NCBI GenBank assembly: GCA_951406725.2
Contig: OX597822.1
Coordinates: 46,128,001 to 46,192,000, forward strand
Reading direction: 5' to 3'
From: Octopus vulgaris
Taxonomy: Eukaryota
Length of the DNA stretch: 64,000 nt
Shown in pieces: positions 27,522 through 38,880 of the stretch; position 1 is the first letter of the stretch, and the number at the start of each line of letters is the position of its first letter. The notes beneath the pieces were generated by a model. It was not told where the DNA came from, made no database searches, and saw nothing but the letters and a program-made list of their open reading frames with translations. The position numbers and the translations under genes are program-made.

Positions 27522-28379
27522 AGAGCTCTAGAGATCAAAGGGGTGGCGAGGTTCTATGTAGTACATGGTTGTGTGTTGTTAGGTGTGATAAGGATTAGGG
27601 TCAGATGGCACAAAAGATACCAAATCAGTAATGTTTGGTCCGAAAGATGTTAGGAGCATCTGTAGGTCAGACTAAGATGCGAGGAACAGATGAAACAAGT
27701 TAAATGAGGAAGATGAAAATTACTAAGGATTCAGCTTCTGCACTGGAAGCATTGATATGGAATGAGTGTGGGGACCATTGGGCAAGAGGGGAGTGTTGGA
27801 ATCACCAAAGTCTATAACTTGGGAGAAGGGTAAAATGAGATACGTCCTCGATGCAGGAGATATTATTAAAGAATAAGCAGACTTTTGTCCCCATTATACC
27901 TTAAATTTCTCAACTGGCACAAAACCACACACTCTCAATACTACTCCTCCCCACCCAGTTGAAGGGTTTTATCATGCAAGGTACTTGGTGACCCTGTCGG
28001 TGCTGGTGCCATAAAAAAGTACCCAGTGCTCTTTAGGGCATCCATCTATAGAAACCATTCAAAACAGACAATAGAACCTGGTGCAGCTCCTGTCAAAACC
28101 AACCAACCAATGCCAGCTTGAAAAATGATGATGATGATGATGAATAACAGGGGATTTGTGAAGTTAGGAAAGCAGCAAAAGAGAGTTGGAGAGAAAGGCT
28201 TTGAGCCAGAATAACTGGAATCTGTTGCTGAAACTCAGATGAGCAAAGGGAGTGAGATGGAGAGTGCAATCCATATATGGGCAGTCACTACATTTTGGAG
28301 TGAAGTTTGAGTAGAGCTTGCAAACTGGAAAATCAAACATGGATTTGCAGAGAGGAGTTTGGCTTCGAAATGATAGAGC

Positions 28380-28760
28380 TGAGGTGTAGCATTCATTTCA
28401 GATCCTGGATACAACAACGCTGCTACATCAACTTTCTGCAAGAAGGTCCACTCACAAGATGTCTAAGGTGGATTGGCCATACTCTCTGCCAGCCACTTTG
28501 GGAATTCACTTGCAGGGTGGACAACTTGGCTCCCCACCCAGGCTGGCACAAACGAGCTGGAGAACAACTGAAGATGTGACTGGCGTTAGTGAAGGCAGAC
28601 ATGGAAGAACATTTAGGCCCTTGCGTCTATGGTTTTTGGCAGTGGAACCGGGAATGGGTAGCCATTACAGCCTCAACTGTGGCCAACTGTTGTAAATGTA
28701 AGGGATGTGGTGAATTCGTTATTCAGAGCCAGCTTGACCCACCCTGGATGAATGCCACCA
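28380..28760 (+). mobile_element. RTE (SR2-like) LINE 3' end nested in the CR1/Jockey-group LINE
   Basis: CLRWIGHTL..PHPGWHKRAGEQLKM*..VKADMEEHLGPCVYGFWQWNREW. Confidence 0.7.
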
Positions 28761-29479
28761 CATGTACAAATAATTAAGAGTGGAGTTGAGAAATTTATGT
28801 CAGAAAAAGGAGAATGAGTTTGCATTGAGAGTAAGAGATGATGTATGGGATCTAGATTGTAAATAAAGTCCAGGGTCTTTAGAAAAAAAAAAAGGAAAAA
28901 AACATATCAGAGATTAGTTCTATTTTTGGTACAATGGTAAAGTGTAAAGTTAACCATGTGCAGAAGGCCATGTGGCCATGGTGCAAAGGGTTCTGACAGA
29001 ATGAACTCAGCTGTAGGAACCCCTTGTGATTCAGTGATAGGACCCCACTTGATGGAACTGTCACATTGTAGTTCTTTGGAGATCTTAAAAGAAATACATA
29101 CACACTATGTACATATCTCACAAACAACGAAACACTAAACAGGTGACTTACAATAATATGTGGTTAAGTGGCAGTCTGATGGGGTTAGGTGGGGGACACC
29201 CAGATCCTGATGACCCCTGGAGATCAGAAGGCTATCTTGGAACAGAACCCGATGAAGAAGTGGAGAGAAGGGGGTCAATCAAAGTATTAGTGTAGCGTAG
29301 AAAGGTTTCTTTCAAGTGATAGTAAAAGCCACCTGAGAGCCTTCTTTCCAGAAAAAAAGGGTAGCAGACAGCAGCATGAACCAAAACACCCATTCAGAAC
29401 TTTGTTCTCTTCATAAAAACCACACACAATACAGATACCACATAACTCTTTTATTACACACCCACATACCTACATGGCC

Positions 29480-29900
29480 AGATATACATTTCAAGAGTAA
29501 TCCAGCTTCTTGAGAGATGGAACAAGACAGCATGAAGTGTATCAACAACAACAGGTTTGAAAGAAGCATCCTGCATAAGACGGGGCTGAAACCTAGACAA
29601 CTGAAGAGAGCCATCAAGGAAATAGGCATGGCAGGTAAAATTAGTTCAAGATGGCTATGGTTGATGAGAGACTGTAAGTGTAACCTTTCCATAGGTGAAG
29701 ATTAGCTCAGGCCTTGCAACCCTAGTCAGGTGAAGCATACAGGCTAAGGGGCAAAACACTTATGAGACTGAGATACCTGCTGATGATAAAGAAAGGTTTC
29801 CAGCATTGCAATGGATTCAGAAAAGCTTGAAAAACCCTCTGAGTAGCTCCTGCTGATTGTGTATGTATGGGGCAAAATATCTCTGATGTTTATTTCACCT
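29480..29900 (+). mobile_element. HERO-like RLE-type LINE 3' end and 3' UTR
   Basis: LHKTGLKPRQLKRAIKEIGMAGKISSRWLWLMR resembles the HERO C-terminus. The UTR is repeated at 20925-21085. Confidence 0.6.
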
Positions 29901-29987
29901 GAAACTACTGCTACTAAAGCTGATATAAGCGTCAGTTGTAAGGATTAATAGCAGACTGGTTAACAAGGAAATAAAATAGAAACTTAC

Positions 29988-30046
29988 AGGTCATCCCGAG
30001 ACATTAACGACCGAGATACGAATGACAACACCAGGATATGTAAGCA
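29988..30046 (-). CDS. Candidate downstream exon (CLHILVLSFVSRSLMSRDD, 59 nt)
   Basis: Strong donor CT|GTAAGT followed by a T-rich intron start, and a local CpG cluster in otherwise CpG-poor DNA. The acceptor (ctatAG) has a weak pyrimidine tract, so the 5' boundary is uncertain. Confidence 0.3.
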
Positions 30047-30599
30047 CTATAGTAGTTTGTTACTGAGTAAATTAGATTGTACAAAAAGGTGGTACCTTCA
30101 ATGACTAGAGTAGCAATATAACCATAAACAATTGCAAGGGTAAACAAGATGCAATGGAGGTGGGTAACTGTAAAGTGATGGACTGAGTCATGAAAATGGT
30201 AAGAGAATCATAATAAATGCTTAAACTGAGTTAAGTGTCAGATGATTTAATTTGAATTTTCAACAGGACATTGAGGGCAGGTTAGACATGTTGAAACAAC
30301 CATTAAAGTAGTTGACAGCCAAAACACACATACAAAAAAAAAACTATTTCGATTTCAGTTCCACTGGGTGTCTTCTACTATAGCCCCAGATCAATCAATG
30401 CCAATGTCTTGTGAGTTAATTTGGTACACAGAAACTGTATGAAAACCCATCGTATGCATGTGTGCATTTATATATGTATGTATGCATGTGTGTGTAGCTC
30501 TGCTGCCCGACACCACTGCTCAACAAGTGCTGGTTTGTTTACATCCCTGGTTTATTTACATGGGAGAGTCCTTGTGGATGTCGTTTAGGTTATTTTATG

Positions 30600-31270
30600 T
30601 GGCAGCAGCACCATTTCTCATAGTAAAACCATACTATGCTGTGGTTCACATTTTGTTGAGAGCCAGTAGCTATTTAGGGCTGAAGTATTTCAGGAGAGAG
30701 GGGATCATAAGAGGAAAACTAGCATTTGGGATATAGTTTTTGTCACATTACAGATCTGAGATCACCAGAAGAGATCATCATCAAATTTTGTAAGAGGAAA
30801 TGAGATAGAAGACTTTTCTAGATGTATATGAATTGATTGGGAAGTGTTTGCTGTTGAAGGAAAAGAGATTGATAGAATAAATACCAGATTTAGGAAAATA
30901 AGTGCTGGGGCCGACTTGTTCAACTGAACCCTTCACGGTGGTTCCCCAGCTTGGCCACAGCCCAGTGGCTAAAACCAGTACAAAGATAAAAGAAGAATGA
31001 TGCAACTTTCCATTCAATTTGGGTAAGGCTACAGGCATTATTGCTTGCTTTGAAGTCTGCTTTTATTTCTTTGCTGAGTCTACTAAACATAAATTCAGAG
31101 AGATTCTAAATGATTTATGATGAGAATTGGGAGGCTGTAAGGCCCTATAACATAGAGGGCAATTCGGTGTTTCTTTGAGACAACCAGCAGCAGATCATTA
31201 ACAAGATGTGTAGTTGGGGCAGAGTAGGAGCAAGATGAAAGGTGACATGGTGGTGGAACAATCCTGTAGA
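30600..31270 (-). mobile_element. CR1/Jockey-group LINE fragments split by a SINE tail
   Basis: KYFSPK*LLAL..GAAA (~30650), FNSK (~30850), INHLES (~31100). Confidence 0.5.
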
Positions 31271-31735
31271 TAAAGGTATAAAAGTTCAAAGAAAAGCATG
31301 GTTTCTATGGCTTGATGCTCTTCCTAATGCCAACCACTTTACAGAGTGTACTGGATGCTTTTCAGGTGGCACCAACACAAGTGCTATTATGTGGCACCAT
31401 CACGGTGCTTTATACATGGCACTGGTATGGGTGCCCCCCACATAACACCAGCATGGGAGCTTTTATGTTCAAAGAAAGGCTCAGGAAGACAGAAAGAAAC
31501 TGGGCAACAGAGAACAAAATCAAGAGAAGTTAGGTATCAGGTTTATATAACTCAGAAAGAAGCTGAAAAGCAACAGGTTTGCCAATATTCTGCAATGAAC
31601 GGACCAGAAGCTTCAGGTGTTCAGGATGGTAAAGTAGTATGCCAATGTGAATCAAGATAAGGGAAAGTGTGCCCAGAGTGATAGCAATACACTTACTGTC
31701 ACTACAACCATGTGCAGACAATTTTTCAACAGACA

Positions 31736-31868
31736 ATTCCCACATGGCCTCAGACTCAACACAGAGGCCTTCATCAAGTGCCTGGAGGAGGTTGTAATGC
31801 CCTGGGTCAAGAGGGTGGCTGCTGGAATACCCTATGTCTGGTAACAGGACTCTGCACCAAACCACACG
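31736..31868 (+). mobile_element. Tc1/mariner (maT/DD37D-like) transposase fragment
   Basis: Translates FPHGLRLNTEAFIKCLEEVVMPWVKRVAAGIPYVW*QDSAPNH, the second catalytic-D region. Confidence 0.75.
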
Positions 31869-32339
31869 TCGGTCTACCCACTTTTACTGAGAAGAAAGTG
31901 GCTTGGAACTACTACAAGCAGTTGTTAAATGTGAAGAACATGTGAGAGATTATCCCAAGTTGTGCTGGTACCACATAAAATGCACCCACGCCAGTATCAC
32001 ATAAAAAGCACCTATGCTGGTGTAACGTATAAAGTGCCCATGCCAGTGCCATGTATAAAACACCCTTACTCGTGTCACACAACAGCATTGGTGTTGGTGC
32101 CACCTAAAAAAAGCACCCAGCACACACTGTAAAGTGGTTGGCATTAGGAAAGGCACCCAGCCATAGAAACCATGCCAAATCAGACGATGGAGCCTGGTGC
32201 ATCTCTTCCAAATGACCAGCTCCTGTCAAAACTGGCCAACACATGTCAGCATGAAAAACAGCGGTTAAATGATGATGATGATGGTGGTGAGGAGAGGGGG
32301 AGGAGGAGACTCAATAGAGGGATCCGCTATTGAAGTTGA

Positions 32340-33520
32340 CAGTTATATGGTCAAAATGACCATAAAGGATAGGGAGGTAAGCATAGCTGCTGGGTCCACC
32401 AAGGACAATTACGGAGATGTTAAAAATATAAAATATCCAGTGAAGTAGGACTTAAGCTAGTTACTTGCATCGTCAACCAGGTAAAGTAGGAAGGTGCCAT
32501 AGTTAATAACTGTTGTAGCACTAGCATCACCAACTGTCATCACAAGGGCAAAGGAGATGCTTTAGAACAAAGCAATTACAGAAGTATCAAGCTGATGGAC
32601 GGAATTATGAAAGTATTTATTATCATCATTTAACATCCATTTTCTATGATGGCATGGGTTGGATGGTTAGACAGGAGCTGGCAAGGCCAGGAGCCACACC
32701 AGGTTTCATTGTTTTAGTTTGGTGTCAGTGGTTGGATAGCCTTCCTAACAATAACCACTTTACAGAGTGCACTGGGTGCTTTTTACATGGCACCGGCACC
32801 AGTGATTTACAAGTGGGTGGGTCTACAGCAATGCACCATATATCTTAGTCCTTTGACAGAAATAATTTTGACACAAGGTGTAAGTGTGGAGAGGCAGGTA
32901 AGGTGTGGTAAAGAAGTTTGCTTCCCAATTGCATGGTTTTCAGTTCAGTCCCACAACGTGGCACCTTGGGCAAATGTTTTACCTACAGCCCTGGGTTAAC
33001 CAAAGCCTTGTGTCTAGATTTAGCAGATGTAAACTGAAAAAAGCATGCCGTGTGTGTGTGTGTGTGTGTGTGTGCATCTGTGTCTCCTTGTCTTGACATT
33101 GCATGACTGTTGTAAATGAATGTCATTCATTGCAAATGCTCAGTGAAACCATACCTGGCCATGAAGATATGCTACCTTACTTGGAAAGAGGTAAGAGCTA
33201 GTAACAGGAAGGGCATATGGCCATAGAAAATTTCCCTTGATATACTCCATCCAACTCATCATCATCAGCAGGAAGATCTAAACTGTGTCTCATCTGATAG
33301 ATGAGACACAGTTTAGATTTGTGTTTGGTTGTGATACTTCTGATGCTCTCATCTCAAAGGGACAATTTCAAAAGTCTTTTGTAGCTTAGTATAAGACACT
33401 CTATTTCGTATCTGTTTATCTGAAAAAGGGCTTTGACATGGGACCACACTCTAAAACCAGATCTCTAAGAAAACTGGGTATAGATGAATGGCTTGCAAGA
33501 GGAGAGCAAGCTATGTACAG
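32340..33520 (+). mobile_element. RTE-clade LINE RT fragment in two pieces (32340-32615, 33285-33520) split by SINEs
   Basis: KGKGDALEQSNYRSIKLMDGIMK, then IDETQFRFVFG..YLKKGFD..LRKLGIDEWLARGEQAMY. Confidence 0.8.
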
Positions 33521-34149
33521 GAAAGCTAACTACTTGTATGACTGTGTGTGAGATGCATGATGCTGACAGGCTAGCATTGAACGGTTATTAAATTAGCTCA
33601 CAGGACTAAGACAAGAAAATGTGACACTACAAAGTGTTCAACTTGTGCAATAATTGAGAAACAGATGTCATCATCGCTGCGATGATGATGACGACGACAA
33701 CGATGATGATGATGATGACAGAGATGATGATTATCTTACTATCTAACTGTGCAATCATTATAAACTTATCTATCAATATTATCATCCTTTATAATTTGTA
33801 TTCTCTGTTGACAAAGGTTGGCCAGTTAGGCTGCATTTGACAGGTCAGAAGACAGAGTCAAGCTCCAAAGTTCGTCTTGGCATTATACAAATTAAGATGC
33901 CTATTGTGAGTTAACATAACTGCCATTAATCCAGAATTCTAACTTTCTGGAACTGTTCAGGCAATGTCACTACAGAACGTTCTTTTACTTCTTTATTTTC
34001 TACCTTGAGTTATGCAGTTGGAACTAGTTTTCTGTTACCTCTTTGTGATATCTTCTAACAGGTTTAGCTAATTTTTTCCTTTTCAACTTGCTGCATCTGG
34101 AGGAAAGGTTCAGCCCTCATAGCCTTTGCAGGCTCTCCTAGAGCAGCTG

Positions 34150-34450
34150 AAATTGATGCCATTAATAGTCCTTTTGAACTTTTATAAATCAATACATGAG
34201 GGGAAAGACAGGATTGAATTCCAGAGAGAAGATATTACAGTAAGGAGCGTAATAATAAATGCAGGGGACGGGATGTTAGATGTAACAAGGCTGATGAAGG
34301 GAAAAAAGACAAGTGGGTTAAGAATGCCTAGACTGAAGGCAATGGCATGTGTCTAACTAGCTCCAAGAAACAAAGTTCATTACAGTATTACTAAAAAAGG
34401 CAGAGAGAGAGGAAACAGTACAGCTCTGGGCCAGAAAAAGGAGTGTGGCT
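34150..34450 (-). mobile_element. CR1/Jockey-group LINE 3' end
   Basis: LAQSCTVSSL..YCNELCFLEL..SLWNSILSFPSCIDL*KFKRTIN. Confidence 0.6.
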
Positions 34451-35097
34451 CTTTTGTAGATGTGGATTAGGATATCTGTATGTGCAGCAATAGCAGTCCT
34501 AGACGTAAGAGCAATACTCCATTGCGGGCCTCAGCTGAGCTTTGAAGAGTATAAATAATTGTTGTAGGGTGAAGTATCATCTAAACTGGAAGGGAAGGGC
34601 CAGTTTTTAGAGGGTAGTCCTAGCTGTGCTAAGTATGTGCTTTTTTCAGGAAAGATCACGTGATAATTGGACTGATTGTAGGACTCTTGGTTGAGTGCTG
34701 CTCATGAGAGAGAGGATGTGATGATGTTTTACAGATACCAGTGGTATTTGTGGGATTTTGTTGTTGGAAGAGAGAGAGAGAGAGAATTGGCATATCTCTA
34801 TAGGAGGAGGATTTTTGAAGTCTCTGGTAATGGAGTCAATGGGTTGGGCACATAGTGCTTTGGTTGTGAGGGGGGAGGATACATGTTTAGAGGCATGTTA
34901 TGGAGGAATGAAGGGGAGTCTTATTCTTTAGCAAATACTACAAAGACACAGGTGCAGCTGTGTGGTTAAGAAGCTCGCTTCCCAACCTTGCAGTCTCGGG
35001 TTCAGTTCTACTGCATAACCAAGTGAAAATGCCTTCTATTATTGTCCTGGGCCAACGAGGACTGTAGCTTTATGAGTGGATTTGGTAAAGAAGCTTA

Positions 35098-35135
<38 letters not shown>

Positions 35136-35656
35136 CAAGTTTACAGAAAACAGAAGATGAAGACAGGTGAGGGAACAACAAGCAGGTGTGTTAGTTTAAT
35201 GCTCAGGAAGAATGAAAAAAATCTTTGATGTTTTGAGCCTACACTCTTTGACAGAAAGGCCTGAGACATATATACATAAATACACACACATGCGCACACA
35301 CGTGTGTGTGTGTCCCCTTGTCTTGACATCACATGATGGTTGTAAAGGAGCATCGCCATTATAATGGTAATGGTGTTTGTTTCTAGAGTTCAATGGAAAA
35401 CCTGACTGGTAATAGAAAAACACTACCTTGCCTGGAAACAGGTGAGGGTTGACAACAGGATGGGCATCTGGCTAAAGAAAATCTGCCTCAACATATTCAG
35501 CCTGGCCAATGCAAGCATGGAAGACCAAATGTTCAATAATGATGATACACTAATGCATCAATGCAAGCATGGAAAACTGAACGTTAAAATGATGATGATG
35601 TACATGGAGAATAGCTGATGAAATAGCATTTTTTTGTTTACTTTCTGAGTGTAGAG

Positions 35657-35885
35657 CACTGGCTTTCAACCAGGGTCCATATAAGATTTTGCTGTTAAAA
35701 TTTATGTGCAATAAATTTCTCATACTTCTACCATACAAAGTATTTTAATTCTTTATACAATTCCTAATATCTAATTATAAAATCAAAATGAGATTTGTTT
35801 AAACATCAAATGGCTATAGGGTTCCACCTGAGTAAAATAGGAACCAGAAGGGTTCATATGTAAAAAAAATGGTTGAGCATTACTA
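35657..35885. mobile_element. hAT MITE
   Basis: Degenerate TIRs cactggctttcaacc / ggttgagcattacta; TSD gtgtagag / gtctagag. Confidence 0.7.
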
Positions 35886-35929
35886 GTCTAGAGGAAGAAG
35901 CACTGTCCATGGCCGTCTCCGGCCCTGTA

Positions 35930-36220
35930 GAAATTGACACTATTATTGTTCCTCTTGAACCTTTGCTAAATTAAACACCTGCACAAAAGACACGAGCAGG
36001 GAAGGAATGGATGTATAGTAATTAGTGAGGTGTCTGGGAGGTTGGACATAACAAGAATGATGAGAAGGAGAGACAAGCCAGGAAGAAATGTCAGTATAGA
36101 GGTGCATGAATACAGCAAACTCTGAGGAGCAGAGGCCATTATAGTAACAGTAAAAAAAGACAGAGAGAGGAAAGAGTATGTTTATTGTTTTCTTTTTTCC
36201 AATGTTTACATCATTTGTCA
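35930..36220 (-). mobile_element. CR1/Jockey-group LINE 3' end
   Basis: FFYCYYNGLCSSEFA motif in ORF 35943-36221. Confidence 0.6.
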
Positions 36221-36565
36221 ACAGACACAGACAGAACTACTTCTCTGTATGTAAGTGTAAGTTTGTGCCTTTTATTCTTGAATGATGTGAGAGTTGTAAA
36301 TGAGTGTCACTGTCATACAAGCAGTGTTGTTCATTTCCACTACTCTGCAAAAACATGACTGGACATGGGGAAATATTACTTAGCATTGAAACAGGTGAGG
36401 GTTTGTGACACGAAGGACCTCCAGCTATAGAAAATCTGCCTCAACAAACTCTGTCCGAAACATGGAAAAGTGTACCCTAAAACAATGATGATGACAATGA
36501 AGATCAAATATGACAAGGAAAGAAAAGAATGTGAGGGCAAGCGGGCTGGTGAAGAGAATATAGAG

Positions 36566-36846
36566 CAGTAGTTCTCAAAGTGGGTGGTATTGCCTCCCTG
36601 GGGACAGTGGTAAGTTTCACGGGGGCATTGAAGAAAAGTAGTGCATTAATGGGGTAGCCAAAACAGGTGATTCATGTAAAAACAACAAAATAATGGGTTC
36701 ATTAGGTTAAGTTTTATTTATGAAATACAGTTGCTTTGAATTTGCTTCAGAAAGGGGTCTATGTGATGGCTAGTTGGGGTGGGGGCGCTAAGAGTGTGGC
36801 CAGGGTGTCAAGGGGGTGGCAGCCTGAAAAGGTTTGGGAACCACTG
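36566..36846. mobile_element. hAT MITE
   Basis: cagtagttctcaaa / tttgggaaccactg; TSD atatagag / atgtagag. Confidence 0.85.
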
Positions 36847-38604
36847 ATGTAGAGGATAGAGCAAATAACTTTTCTTTAGCTGAGAAAACAGCCTTAACAT
36901 GTTACGTCTTCACCAAAATCAAGCTACAGACCCTTATCATGTTGGGGGAGCTGTGTGAAAGTCATATATTTCACAAGTTTAAAGACAGTAAGGCCAAATG
37001 AGGTTTTAGAATTAATGAAGCTGCTGACCCTACTGTAGATATTGAAAGTAGAACAGCTGGTGTTGAGTGCAGAATATCTATTATATTGTAGACTAATCGT
37101 AATGGACATAATATAAAGGATGCTGAATATGATGATGTATGTATGTGTTCTATTTATATCAGCTGGGAATGATGCTTCTTGTTTTTAGGGTATTTCTTTT
37201 TTAAAACAATTACTCTAATACTATTCAGGTGAAAAGATAATACATTTTGATTTTTACTGAACAAATAATTCTGTAGGTTGAGGTAAAATATGTTGGAGCA
37301 AACACTGGTCAAGTACTGGGATTTTCAGGTGTAAAAATGGCCCTTTAGTTTTAGAATTCTTAGGTTGTAATGTAAGTAGGTATTTCTGTGCATACGCGGT
37401 CGTTTGTTTCTTGGTATGTGTGCACACACATGCAACCTATGATGTGCACTGTTTTGTGTGATGTTTCGTAAAGCATTTAATTTTTGTTTGTTTGTTTTTC
37501 TATTAGTTGGCGAAGAGTTTGGAGCCCCTTTTTGGACTGGTTGGTGAAGAAAAGATTAGGGTACATTTTACTCATTTGAGAAATGCTTTCCACAGAAAAC
37601 TTTCTATTAGGCACAGGCAAAAAGTTCCCACCTGGTTCTCAATCTCGTCTGCACCAACCCCAAAATAAACTGCAAACCAACATTGGAGTGTTTAGATGAT
37701 CACATAAACTGTTGGAAATAGTAGCTTAATCTCCTTCAAATCTCATCCTACAGTGTTAGCAAAGAAAGGACATATTGGACGATGTAGTCCTTTATCCCTC
37801 ATACTACTAAAACTGATATACTTTAGATCATAGATTGTCAACATCAAATTATAAAACTTATAAAGCAGCACATCCTGCTTCATTACAAGCTGCACGTGTA
37901 CAAGTACACATAGAGGTTCTAATTCCACAGATACTAACCTCATCATTTTATATTGCTTTCCATCCTGACATTGGCTGGCTGAGTTCCCAAAGTCTGAGCC
38001 AGTTCTTATTTAGAGTTACTATCTTCCTAGGGGGCTCAAAGGACTATAATCTAACTTGTATGTTACATTTTTAGCATAACTGCCCTTTGTAGCATCAATC
38101 ACTTTACAGAATGCACTAGATGCATTTTATCATGACACCTATATACTAAGACACCTTGAAGTTACTACACACCTTTCTGTCAGACATTTGTATAATGAAA
38201 GATGACAATTCATATAGAATACATTAGAACTATGAATTTAGGTTTAAATCATTTCTAGACAACTTATAAAATTATAATCATTCAGGCTATTAACCTCGTT
38301 GTTAGAGATTAAAGATTTCTAAGTATTTATATCATCATCATCATTTTATGTCCATTTTCCATTCAGGCATGGGTTGGATGGTCTGACACAGCTGAAGGGC
38401 TGTTCAGGTTCCATGTCCATTTTTGACGGGGTTTCTATGGCTGGATGCCCTTCCTAATGCCAACCACTGTACAGTACTGGGTGTTTTTATACAGCACCAG
38501 TATGGGTGCTATTTACATGGCATTAGCACCTTCAAACCTGCAAGATTAGAGATGCTCAGCTGGAGAGGGTTTCGGGGGATGAGTCTGTATGCAAGGGCAA
38601 TCAG

Positions 38605-38880
38605 GCTTTTACTTAGTCTGACATGTCTTTTCAAGCACAGCAAACCTCCAGGAGTCTCAGTCCCCTATCATCCCCTCTTTGAGTCCCAATGTCTGTAGAC
38701 CCTTTCTCACCACTTTGGCCATCTTTCTGGGTCTACTCATTCCACGTTCCCCTCTACAATTAGAGATTGGCACCTCTTGGTGCAACTGACTTCATTCATA
38801 CACATTACATGGCCATACCTGTGCAGTCTTCTCTCTTGCATGTTATATCTGATGCTATGTACACCCAGTTTTACGCTGCA
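38605..38880 (-). mobile_element. RTE LINE ORF 3' end
   Basis: KLGVHSIRYNMQERRLHRYGHVMCMNE..GLQTLGL..SWRFAVLEKT. Confidence 0.8.

Larger units (their letters stand above)
24660..29000 (-). mobile_element. Near full-length decayed APE-RT LINE (CR1/Jockey group), interrupted by later insertions
   Basis: Ordered minus-strand motifs: endonuclease-like pieces (~28300 IWIAL, ~27810 FGDSN), KATGPD..FASELTFVLTKLF..WK (~26350), FSRAKSTGDL (~26020), NSGVPLG (~25785), YTVDITL (YADD-like, ~25690), NLVAFNS, YFIPQQLLTFYKSQVKPLMKYCSH (~25380), SSFVLRTLDNWNLL (~24740). Confidence 0.8.
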
